Part shown: piece by piece, positions 38,900 to 49,862 of the stretch
Layout of the letters: each line of letters begins with the position of its first letter
Numbering within the stretch: position 1 is the stretch's first letter
Origin: Dendrobates tinctorius
Lineage: Eukaryota
Direction of reading: 5' to 3'
Length of the DNA: 64,000 nt
Assembly: GCF_039654945.1 (NCBI RefSeq)
Contig: NW_027361812.1
Span: 13,454,001-13,518,000 of the forward strand
Position numbers and translations under genes: made by a program
The notes under the pieces: model-generated
The model's input: the letters and a program-made list of their open reading frames with translations, nothing else
Told to the model about the DNA's origin: nothing
Databases searched by the model: none

Positions 38900-39965
38900 A
38901 TGGAGGCACCCTGGGGTGACCCCAATCTGTGACCTGACCCCTACTCTTATATTCATGGATGTACCATGGGTGCTAATGTAGGGGACATTACACAGTTTGA
39001 GGGCTAGTGTGGGGACTACTGTGGAGGGTCTAAATATACAGTGTGGGTTCTACTATGGGGGCCATTATACAATGTGAGGGCTACTGTGGGTGTCATTAAA
39101 CTGTGTTGTAGGGGAGCAGTGGGGACATCACACCGTGTATAGAGGAGCTGTGGTGGTATCATACTGTGCCTAGGGGAGCTGTGGGACCATGATACTGTAT
39201 ATAGCGGAGATGGTGGACATCATACTCTGTATAAGGGAGGTGTGGGTTCACCATACTGTGTATAGAGGAGCTGTAGATTCGGGGGACTCGGTGGACTTTA
39301 TTAAATTTTAAATGACCACATAAGAAGCATTATTGCTACAGAGGCACTCATTGTAATGTGGCCATGAGAGGGGCAAAATGTGGACACGGTTTTCTAGGGC
39401 ATTTGTGCAGGGCATTAATATTTTCTAAGGGGTAATTTTACCATTTAGAGGGCACAAAGGAGGCATTATTACTATGTAAGGGGCACAGTAGTGGCATTAT
39501 AATGTGGGGCAGTAGGAGGAGCGCTGTTATTGTAACACACAGTAGGTGCAGTAATAGGGACACATACAGCAGCAGCGGCCCAGCATTGGGGTATCAGTAG
39601 GATGAGCCATTCGTGCAGGTTGGGAATAGATGGGGGCAGTGCTGGAAATGTGAGAAGTCATATTTGTCATATATGTTTTTTGCTGTAATCTTTGCAGCCG
39701 AGGCTTGGCTGGAGAAGTCACATCGGTCTGGGCCGGAAAGAAAAGACTGGAAAAACGAACGACTCCATCAGAAAGGACATCAGCAATAAGTCACTATATA
39801 TAACTGTACTGTAATCACTTGTATGTTAAGCAGGACTGGTATCTACCACTATGTGATCACCATATGGCGGTAATATCAGTGTGCCACCATAGTAATCAGG
39901 GTTATCGGTTAGGGGCCCAATCGGATGGTTTTCACCCCTGACACGAACCCCTAGCTAAACCTTTG
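38900..39965. mobile_element. Degraded relative of the hAT element at 20883-23469
   Basis: 39540-39965 parallels 22990-23469 and ends in CCCTAGCTAAACCTTTG. Confidence 0.6.
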
Positions 39966-40572
39966 ATATACAGGTTTTACAGTGGGAAAAAGTGAAGATA
40001 AAAGACATTGCACAGCTCATTGGTTTCTCCCAGTCCAGATGAAAGGCAAGCAAAGACAAAGAAGAGGGTCTTATAAGGTTATAGCAAGCACAATCCCTGC
40101 CAGTAAATTGGACTTCACTTCCAAAACCAGTTCAGGCAAAGTGTGACCAGCCAGTCCAGATGCATGGAAGGAGCATGGCGGTGACATTGATAGTAACACT
40201 GTGGCACCATTACTTGTCAGATTTTCTACATAGAAGGGGAAAAACACCATTTTTGTGGAGGGTGATTCAAAATAAGTTGGCTGGTACCAAGTTATTCTCA
40301 TTATTGCCTGTTTTACCCCAATTCAGCTCTTGCAAGGTCACATATTAACTTTAATCCACTTGATCAGTGGATTTGTCCAAGCTGGTGGTTACCACTACCA
40401 TACCCCTAACTACCTTGGACTTGCTATCTTTTTGGCCTACCATCATTCTTTGAATACTTTAAAACAGGATGCAGCCAACCCAGAATGACGCCCCCTCTTC
40501 TCCAGAGGCCTGATAGCAGCGGCCTAGTCCACCTCAATGGTGGGTACGGCCCTCACCTTATTCAGAGTCTTG

Positions 40573-40687
40573 TTATCCTGATGATCCATTACTGGACGGA
40601 TGTTCTTTAGTATGTACCCTTAGTGCCATTTGCTCCAGATTCCTAACTACAGTTCGGCCATCACTCTGCCTTAGCGAATTAGAAGTC
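40573..40687 (-). CDS. FAPP-family gene, probable last coding exon 7
   Basis: ttctgtctcatag| then TSNSLRQSDGRTVVRNLEQMALRVHTKEHPSSNGSSG*. Only the phase-2 frame is open, which fits exon 6. Total predicted CDS 774 nt (257 aa). Confidence 0.45.
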
Positions 40688-42322
40688 CTATGAGACAGAA
40701 GTAACATTTACATCAATTTCTTAGAGACTTCAATTCATCATAGAAAGGATGACTCCAATATGGATGGTATTATTGGACAGTATAGAAAATAGTCCTGTCT
40801 TTTCATGCTCACCTTGGTGGTGTGGACTCAGCGGGCTGACTGAGTGAACGCTTTACCTAATAAAAATGCGCAAATAAAAAAAAAAATATCCATTAATAGG
40901 TTAATAAATTAAGTGGAAAAAAAAGGATAAATTCCTGTATAAGAAACTCAAGCTGCATTTACACTGCGTTACTAGGAATGCTTGTTTCACAGTAATAGGA
41001 CAAGTATACACAACAAAACGTTTGTTCGTTGGGTGAAACGATCATAGTTCTCGGCAGCGCAATGCTCAGTGTAATCCGGACTTGTGCTGCCGAGAACAAT
41101 GGCAGCCTATGCACACTGATCGCTCTATTACAGATCAGTCAGTGCACATCTCATGCCAGGTTTACCTGTGTACACACGCTATGAAACAACCACCGATCAG
41201 CAAACAAGCAGCTGATCAGTGGTTGTCTAGTTCCGTGGTCAGCTGGTGGAAAAGGACTTTTAGTAATTCTAGTATGGGCTAAACCTTATTCTATCTGGTT
41301 TTTGGAGATTACACTTTATAAAACTAGATTTGCAAATATCCCATTGTCAATCGTTAAAAATCATTAAAGGGATAGAATCATGATGTGGGTCAAGATCCTG
41401 AGATATCAAACTGCTGATTTTGGTCAGAAAAGTCACATCCGGCCAAACAGACTGCCCAAGTCAGCAATAACGGATCATAGGGGGCGATCCATATCGGGAG
41501 ATCAAAAATGCAAAAAGGCAAGGGCTGTCAGGCTGGACCACTGCAAGGAAGCTGGCAACGACAAAAACCTCAAAAATAGGACTCAAGTAGAGGTCTAGAG
41601 TACCACTCAGTGGACAATCAGGGGCCTTTCCTCTCTCTGAACCCCTGCAGCAAAGATGTACCTGCAGGTTCTTTATGCCACCTAAAACACTAGTATTAAC
41701 AATGGCGTACAGCAGGAGGGGACACCAGATTTCTTCATTGAGACTCTGGATCTTCATGTTATTGCTTCGTCGCTCATCCATTTAGAAAAAAAAAAAATCA
41801 AGGGGGCAGATTCATCAATGCTTTTATGCCAGTTTTCTTTGAAAGTTGCTAAACATTGGCTTTTCTAAGCCCCATCAAGCGGGAGAATTGAAGGTTTTCA
41901 ACTTCGAGGTCTGATGTGCAGACCAATAACACGAGGAGTACCATGGTGGCAATGTGTCCCAGGCACTGAAGAACTACGTATATAAGACTATGGAGGGAGT
42001 TCATCGGTGGCTTTATGACACTAACGTGGTGAAAAAAATAAAAGATTCTTATTGTGCTATTCTTAAGATTTCTGCTAAAATGTGACTTTCTGCTGCTCTT
42101 AACCCTACAGAGGACTGTCTGGAAAAAGTGTGGATTTACGTGCTAGGGTGAGGAGCCACGAGTGATCCAAACCATGTAGTGCAGATCTACACCTCCTAGC
42201 CTGCCCCTATGGGCGGTGGAGAAAGGGTCAATGTTCTGCTGACTACTTACATCTGCAACCTCTTCTGCTGTCGGTCCTACAACTAGAATATTACCTCTAG
42301 TGTCTTCAGTATTCATCCTCAC

Positions 42323-42360
42323 CCACCACTGACTGGTACAAGCTTACAAATAACGGGTTT
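42323..42360 (-). CDS. FAPP-family gene, probable exon 6
   Basis: tcttctgacctacatag|KPVICKLVPVSG(G)|gtgagg after a 94-nt intron. 38 nt, phase 0-2. Supported by splice signals and phase only. Confidence 0.55.
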
Positions 42361-42454
42361 CTATGTAGGTCAGAAGACTATGGAGACACAAGATGGGCAG
42401 AGAAGGTGTCCGAGTGGAGATATTGTACCACAATTATGTAACGTATAGCCATAC

Positions 42455-42625
42455 CCTTCGACTCTGGGGCAGTTTGGTGCCAACCACATCTCCTGGTAAG
42501 ACTGGCAGAGGAGGGTCTTGCTTATTCAGATGCAGGCTTGTGTTGACGTATGTTATACATTCATCTAATGTAGAACAGATATAAGAACATGTCCCCTGCA
42601 GGTTGGAGCACGCTGTATTAACTTT
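42455..42625 (-). CDS. FAPP-family gene, exon 5
   Basis: Long polypyrimidine tract + ag|KVNTACSNLQGTCSYICSTLDECITYVNTSLHLNKQDPPLPVLPGDVVGTKLPQSRR|gtatgg. Aligns with FAPP1 [24 protein letters not shown]. 171 nt, phase 0-0. Confidence 0.88.
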
Positions 42626-42783
42626 CTAAAAAAGAAGAAAAAAAAAAAAACAATATTCCTAAAGCATTTATACACAGCTCTTACTGTAAACTCTGCAACA
42701 AAAAGAAAATCTTACAATGGCTAAAACATCTAAAGATGGGAATAGCTCTCTAAACGTTATCATCTGTCCATAGGATAACTTAT

Positions 42784-42897
42784 ACAGTACAGACCAAAAG
42801 TTTGGACACACCTTCTCATTCAAAGAGTTTTCTTTATTTTCATGACTATGAAAATTGGAGATACACTCTGAAGGCATCAAAACTATGAATTAACACA
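42784..42897 (+). mobile_element. Isolated Tc1-like TIR fragment
   Basis: TA|CAGTACAGACCAAAAGTTTGGACACACC, truncated. Confidence 0.55.
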
Positions 42898-44288
42898 CTT
42901 TTGATCTGCACTGTACATTCTTGATCGTGGGGAGCAAATCGTTGAAAACCCCCAAAGGTCCTGAGAACAGGGCTGCAGAGCCCCTTCTAACGTACAGCGG
43001 CTGATCACACACACACACACACACATCTCCACTCCACTCATTCTCTGTGGCACTGATGGAGATAGCCAAGTGCCGGACTCGGCTTTTTCCAGGAGTCCCA
43101 TACACAATGAATGGAGCGGTTGTGTGCGTAATCAGCCACTCTAAGTTTAAAAGGGGCTCTGCAGAGTGGACCACCAATCACAAAGGTAATATCTATCCTA
43201 TGGACAAGTGATAACTTCTAAAGTTGGGAATAACCCTTTAACTATGGATCTATCATTTTTGCTTTGTCTGGACAACCCCTTTAGTCTAAGGCCTTTACCT
43301 ATTACACATCCTAGGAATATGTCATTAATGTCTACCATTGGACTAGTCCTTTGAGTCTAGTAAATGCAGATGTTTATTTCCATGGTCCTAATGAGATGAA
43401 TAAAAATAGTGACTCGTACAAAAAAAACCTAATCTCCCAGAACAAGTGTGTATAGTCCAAATACGGTCAGACTAGTAGAGCAGATCCATTTCTAATTGCA
43501 GGGTTACAGATTCCAGCATAGTTTCAGCAGGATTGTGGAAGTTATATTACATTTTCTAATATATGTAATTTTTCTTTTTTGGTGATTCTCCCCAGGTCTT
43601 GAACCCACAACCCTCAACCTCACAGGCAGGAGCTAAAGCTACTGAGCCACAAGCTTTAGTGTCATTTTCTAATATAGGAATGGCAGATTTCAAGTGGTAT
43701 AACCGTAAAGGAACATGAAACACAGAAAAGGCACAAACATCCCACTAAATCCTCCATTAGTCTCAAAATCTTTGATCTGATCTTGTCTTATATTACAATA
43801 AAAACTGGGAAATGAAAACAAAAAATCTCTATCTCAGGAGCTCAACCATGTCCACCCATCCGGACAGTTGTGTGTGGCTGTGAAACAACTTGTTGCAGCA
43901 GGAAGAACCGGGAGAACAAAATAGAGCATGCGGTAACTGACATGTAAAAACATCAATTTTTATTAAGGTAAAGTACTGTGGTTAATACAAAGGTAACACT
44001 GTGCTTGACCAGACAAAAGAGACAGTATCAACCCAGAATACCCCACTCCTCTATCAAGATGGAGCATGAGCCCCAGACTGCATCCCCATGAAGGCCCGTT
44101 TACTGCGCATACAAGTGTAAAAGACATGCACCCAAATGCTAAGTCCAAAGTTGGACATCAAAAGGTGAAAGTGAGACAGGGCGCCAGTGTAATATAGTAC
44201 CGCAGCATAATGCAGTGAGGTAACATAAAAGACAGACCACAGGGGAGCTTACCGGGAGAAGGAGGAGCAGGGGGACCGGGCTATGCCA

Positions 44289-44335
44289 CCCTCGACGCGC
44301 GTTTCGCGGCGCCTCAGGCCGCTTTATCAAGAGGA
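44289..44335 (-). ncRNA. Second, identical hammerhead ribozyme motif (sense to the FAPP pre-mRNA)
   Basis: Exact reverse complement of 45998-46044. Confidence 0.75.
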
Positions 44336-45997
44336 ATCTGGTTAAGGATCCAACCAGGACCTTAAAATAGCCCCTGACCTTGGTCATGTGACCGGGATGG
44401 ACCAATGATGAAGGCGTCAGCGGCGCATGCGCCCCAGCAGGTCCTACAGAGCATAGCGGGCATCATGCACAAAGTGCACACGCGCCGGTACCAAAGTCCG
44501 GGCGCGCGCACAGTGCATATAGATGCCAGCTGCAAAGTGGAGCCGCAGAGTGCAAAGGGCGATGCGCTCGGCCATCAATCATGAAAAGACAGTAAAAGGA
44601 AAGGAGACTAGAAAGATGGTGGATGCAATGCAAAATATTTTAAAAAGACAAAGTAGTACCTAATGCATAGATATAATGCCATGGAAAATACTGTATGTAC
44701 ATATAGACCCATCTAATGGCTGCCAAGTATGAAGAACATAGTGCATAAAAGAGCATACGAATACCATAAGTATACAGTTGGTTACAATATAGCATAAAAG
44801 TACAAGAGTACATAAGGTATAGTGCATATAGCACAGTACATAAATAGTCACCAAGGGCGTACAAGAGACAACAGTATACAGTAATTTTGTAAAAAAAATA
44901 TATACATAAGGCGGTATCCCAAAAAGAAAAAACATATACATGGCAAAGTATTATTATATGAAAAGACAGATGAAGATTGTAGGTACTTGATATGGAGCCA
45001 TTATACTCCTATTTCTAGAAACTTTTTTGGTTCCAGCGATCCTATAAGAGGGTCATTTTCGTGTGGGCACTGCCTGGCTTGCGCCAATGTCCTGCGCTAC
45101 GGATTGCTCTTTTGCATATTTTCGAATTTTGATTAAATGGGTATTTTCCTTTTTTTTGCCTCCACATTCCTGATATCCTCCCATTGGCTCCGTGGCAGCC
45201 TTTTCTGTTTTTAATGGTTTTAGTCTTAATTGTGGCTTTTTCACTGTTATTAATTGCTTTTTCCTCCCCTTTCTTTACTTTAGCCCTTTGCACTTTTTCC
45301 TGGTTTGGCCATTGACGTGATCGTAGGATTGGATTACTACTATCAAGTACGTACAATCTTCATCTGTCTTTTCGTATAATAATACTTTGCCATGTATAGG
45401 TTTTATCTTTTTGGGATACCGCCTTATGTATATATTTTTATACAAAATTACTGTATACTGTTGTCTCTTGTACGCCCTTGGTGACTATTTATGTACTGTG
45501 CTATGTGCACTATGCCTTATGTACTCTTGTACTTTTATACTATATTGTAACCAACTGTATACTTATGGTATTCGTATGCTCTTTTATGCACTATGTTCTT
45601 CATACTTGGCGGCCATTAGATGGATCTATATGTACATATTTTCCATGGCATTATATCTATGCATTAGGTACTACTTTGTCTTTTTAAAATATTTTGCATT
45701 GCATCCACCATCTTTCTAGTCTCCTTTCCTTTTACTGTCTTTTCATGATTGATGGCCGAGCGCATCGCCCTTTGCACCCTGCGGCTCCACTTTGCAGCTG
45801 GCATCTATATGCACTGTGCGCGCGCCCGGACTTTGGTACCGGCGCGTGCGCACTTTGTGCATGATGCCCGCTATGCTCTGTAGGACCTGCGGGGGCTGGG
45901 GCGCATGCGCCGCTGACGCCTTCATCATTGGTCCATCCCGATCACATGACCAAGGTCAGGGGCTATTTTAAGGTCCTGGTTGGATCCTTAACCAGAT

Positions 45998-46044
45998 TCC
46001 TCTTGATAAAGCGGCCTGAGGCGCCGCGAAACGCGCGTCGAGGG
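45998..46044 (+). ncRNA. Minimal type I hammerhead ribozyme motif (U3-A8 variant)
   Basis: UCCUC-UUGAUAA-A-GCGGC cugaggc GCCGC-GAAA-C GCGC G-UC^GAGGG. Stem I is 5 bp (one G-U), stem II 5 bp, stem III 2 bp with a palindromic GCGC loop, and a GUC cleavage triplet. Confidence 0.75.
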
Positions 46045-46869
46045 TGGCATAGCCCGGCCCCCCTGCTCCTCCTTCTCCCGGTAAGCTCCCCTGTGGTCTG
46101 TCTTTTATGTTACCTCACTGCATTATGCTGCCATACTATATTACACTGGCGCCCTCTCTCACTTTCACCTTTTGAAGTCCAACTTTGGACTTAGCATTTG
46201 GGTGCATATCTTTTACACTTGTATGCGCCGTAAACGGGCCTTCATGGGGATGCAGTCTGGGGCTCATGCTCCATCTTGATAGAGGAGTGGGGTATTCTGG
46301 GTTGATACTGTCTCTTTTGTCTGGTCAAGCAGAGTGTTACCTTTGTATTAACTATGGTACTTTACCTTAATAAAAATTGATGTTTTTACATGTCAGTTAG
46401 CGCATGCTCTATTTTGTTCTCCCGGTTCTCCTTGTATATTTTGAGCTTGTGCATTTGGCACTGGTGTTTGGGTTGCTCTTCCCCATCTCCATTACGCCAC
46501 ATTATGATCAAGGGATTTTTGTTGCTAATTATTGTTGCAGCAGGAGCCTCCCCCCAGTGCCCAGGCTGCAGATGCTAAGTCCCACCCCTTACGCTAAAGA
46601 GACAGATTCTGTTGATCACCAGACAAAAATGGCACTGATATGCGGATTAACCCCTTGTGTTTTCTGCAGGTTTCCTGCCAGACCGTCAGTCTGCAGTCTT
46701 TTCGGTATAATACTTCTAAAAATAGTGAACACAACAATATTTTTACTTTAATTTATCCAGTCACTTCTAGGCTTACACTTCAAGACTTATTTTGATTAAT
46801 TTTCCCCTCCAGGAATATTCTCTGTCCGATATGTCACATAGAGTCGAGAGACAACTACTAGTTGGCCGG

Positions 46870-46950
46870 CAGGGCTGTGGAGTCGGAGTCAGAGCCAGTG
46901 TCATGGAAATTGTGGAGTCGGAGGTTTGGCTTACCGACTCCACAGCCCTG
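46870..46950. mobile_element. 81-bp hAT MITE
   Basis: 8-bp TSD TTGGCCGG. TIRs CAGGGCTGTGGAGTCGG / CCGACTCCACAGCCCTG. Confidence 0.88.
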
Positions 46951-47061
46951 TTGGCCGGTAGAGCTGGCAAACAAACATATGACATCCAGCGAGTTTCATA
47001 CATAGGCACAATTACAAAGAAATGTTGATTTTAATACATTATTTTTGTGACAGCTAGGACT

Positions 47062-47378
47062 TAGGGATGAGCGAACGTGCTGGGATAAGGCGTTATCTGA
47101 TCATGCTCGGGTGCTAACCGAGTATCTTCACTTCAGCATGCTTGAAAAATATGTTCGAGTCCCCGCGGCTGCATGTCTCTCGGCTGTTTGACAGCAGCAA
47201 CACACACAGGTATTGGCTGTTAGTCAATCCCTGCATGTGTTGCTGCTGTCAAACAGCCACGAGACATGCAGCCGCGGGGACTCGAACATATTTTTAAAGC
47301 ATGCTGAAGTGAAGATACTCGGTTAGCACACAAGCATGATGAGATAACACCTTATCCCATCACATTCGCTCATCACTG
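47062..47378. mobile_element. Fold-back hAT-type MITE
   Basis: TAGGGATGAGCGAA ... TTCGCTCATCACTG. TSD CTAGGACT/TTAGGACT. ~150-bp complementary arms. Confidence 0.8.
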
Positions 47379-48552
47379 TTAGGACTTCACGTAGTCTAGT
47401 GCATCATATTGAAGCAACCACATATTTATGCCCATCTTACTATATGAGGTTATGCCAAAGACTAAGGGAAGCTCCACCACTGAAATATGCACAGATACTG
47501 TTGAATCTACAAAACGCAACAGTGCCATCTGATAAATGGTGAAAAAAGGATCCAATTTTGTCCATGTCATTTACCCAGGAGTTATTCTCAGCAATTAGGT
47601 TATCTTCAATACCAAAACAGGTGACACCACTAAACCGGTTTGGCTACAATGGTTTTTAATAAAGAACTGTTAGGGTAAAATAACATAGATCACATGGATC
47701 TGTGTAACTGCAGGCAAAAAACAGAGAATAAGCAAATTTGCTCTGCAAAATCAGTCAGCTTGTAGCTGAATCCCCACACAGGGACTCGCCTGTCCCATTA
47801 GCTTCCAGAATAGCTGTAATTTCGGACTTAGAAAAAAATAAAATAAATATAAAATTTGTTTTTGACAAGTGGAATAGTCCAAACATGTGCATCACTGATC
47901 ATTGCAACATGGACATGAGTAAAGATGGATCTCGGAGGCAGATGGACAAAAAATAAAAAGTAGCTTCTCCTCCATCTTCCTCTGTTATCAATGGTCCCCG
48001 CTGATTGGTTACTCTATGTGAGCCTTCCCCTCTTTCACAAATTTATTTATTTAAAAAAAATGCATTTTCTAAATGAATCAATCTTGTAAAGCATACATTT
48101 TTTGCTATATTTTTTATTGCATAAATTAATATTAAATGTAAACATTTACTGTTCATCGTTCTTGCCTGATTTCTGTAAAGATTCACAAATAAAACTGATT
48201 GTTTTTAGTGAATCCAAAAGCAGGAGGAAGGATGGGAGGGATAGGAGGGAGCTGGTGCTGCAGATTCACTACTTCTGTCTGTGGAGGCTCAGATCTCCAT
48301 TTGACCTGTATATGTTCTATCCATTTTTGTTTTTTTTTCCATAAATAGAACTCGCACCCATTATCGTTTATGTGACTGTTCACATATCCATGTTGTATTA
48401 TGGACTGAACATCTGCAAAAACAGAGAAGCAGACACTTGTCCGATTTGATCTGAGCCATGGATCGGCCTTGCGAATGTAAATCTATGGGTCCATGAAAAG
48501 CATTGGGAGGCACAATGATGGCATCCTCGCTGCTTCCTAGTGCAGTTTTTAC

Positions 48553-48689
48553 CTCCGTATTTGGCGCAGCTCCTTCCTCTTCTGTAGTCAATGCTTCCTT
48601 TACTTCTGCCACTTGCCCCATGAGCAGATCACAGAAGAGTCGCAGTTCTGACAGTTTGCGGCTAAGACTTTCATTATCGGGTAGCACAT
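48553..48689 (-). CDS. FAPP-family gene, exon 4 (coiled-coil)
   Basis: tttcctag|DVLPDNESLSRKLSELRLFCDLLMGQVAEVKEALTTEEEGAAPNTE|gtaaaa. Matches the FAPP motif SELRLYCDLL. 137 nt, ends in phase 0. Confidence 0.92.
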
Positions 48690-48705
48690 CTAGGAAAGAT
48701 AGGTA

Positions 48706-49570
48706 GTATTATTATTTATTATTATAGTGCCATTTATTCCATGGCGCTTTACATGTGAGGAGGGGTATACATAATACATACAAGTACAGTAATCTTAAAC
48801 AATACAAGTCACGACTGGTACAGGAGGAGAGAGGACCCTGCCCGCGAGGGCTCACAATCTACAAGGGATGGGTGAGGATACAGTAGGCGAGGGTAGAGCT
48901 GGTCGTGCAGCGGTTTGGTGGATCAGTGGTTACTGCAGGTTGTAGGCTTGTTGGAAGAGGTAGGTCTTCAGGTTCTATTTGAAAGTTTCCATGGTAGGTG
49001 AGAGTCTGATATGTTGTGGTAGAGAGTTCCAGAGTAGGGGGGATGCGCGGGAGAAATCTTGTATGCAATTGTGAGATCTTGTGAGGATCGGAGGTTGCGT
49101 GCAGGTAAGAACCGGGAGACGAGGTCACAGATGTATGGAGGACTCAGGTTGTGGATGGCTTTGTATGCCATGGTTAGGGATTTGAACTGGAGTCTTTGGG
49201 TAATGGGAAGCCAGTGCAGGGATTGACAGAGTTGGAGAGGCCAGGGAATAGCGGGAGGACAGGAGGATTAGTCGAGCAGCAGAGTTTAGAATAGATTGGA
49301 GGGGTGCGAGAATGTTAAAGGGGAGGTCACAGAGCAGGAGGTTGCAGTAGTCAAGGCGGGAGATGATGAGGGCATGCACTAGGGTTTTTGCTGATTCCTG
49401 ATTAAGGAATGTACAGATCTGGGAAATATTTTTGGCAGCGAGCTTGTGGGACTGGGGAGAGTGAGCAGCCATTTACTTTAATAGATAGGTCCATTGGGAA
49501 GGTTGAATGAGATGGTGGAAAGATGATGAATTCTGTTTTGTCCATGTTAAGTTTTAGAAATCGAGCAGAG
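48706..49570 (-). mobile_element. L2 LINE 3' fragment
   Basis: LVHALIISRLDYCNLLL..SAARLI and AYKAIHNLSPPY. The (TAA)n tail ends ~15 bp from the exon 4 acceptor. Confidence 0.85.
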
Positions 49571-49862
49571 GTACAGGATAACTTTCCTAAATTTAAAATA
49601 AAAGTAAAATAAATAACATTTTTAAAGTTCCCTCAATCTGACAAACCCTCCTATGCTAAAATAGCAATGGACGGAATGTGATATAGGACTAGGAAACTCA
49701 GTGTACAGCATTGGCAGAAAAACTCACCCCATCCTGCTGAGGGAATTCATACATAAGGTGAAGTGATTCATCGCAAAGGAAAAGCACACACATATATATG
49801 TGTATAGATTGAGAGAACGGGGTCGTGCCAGAGAGGGAGAGACAGCGGTGGCGCCCGAGAGA

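Larger units (their letters stand above)
43904..46531 (+). mobile_element. Penelope-like (probably Neptune-type) retroelement with inverted ~1.1-kb pseudo-LTRs
   Basis: 14-bp TSD TTGTTGCAGCAGGA (43890-43903 and 46532-46545). Arms 43904-44992 and 45341-46429. The spacer encodes SHYTPISRNFFGSSDPIRGSFSCGHCLACANV, resembling the Cys-rich linker before a GIY-YIG endonuclease. One hammerhead motif per arm. Confidence 0.8.

Noticed and set aside
41461-41781. Minus-strand 106-aa ORF as a FAPP exon
   Set aside because: The upstream pyrimidine tract ends in CTAA rather than AG, and there is no family similarity.
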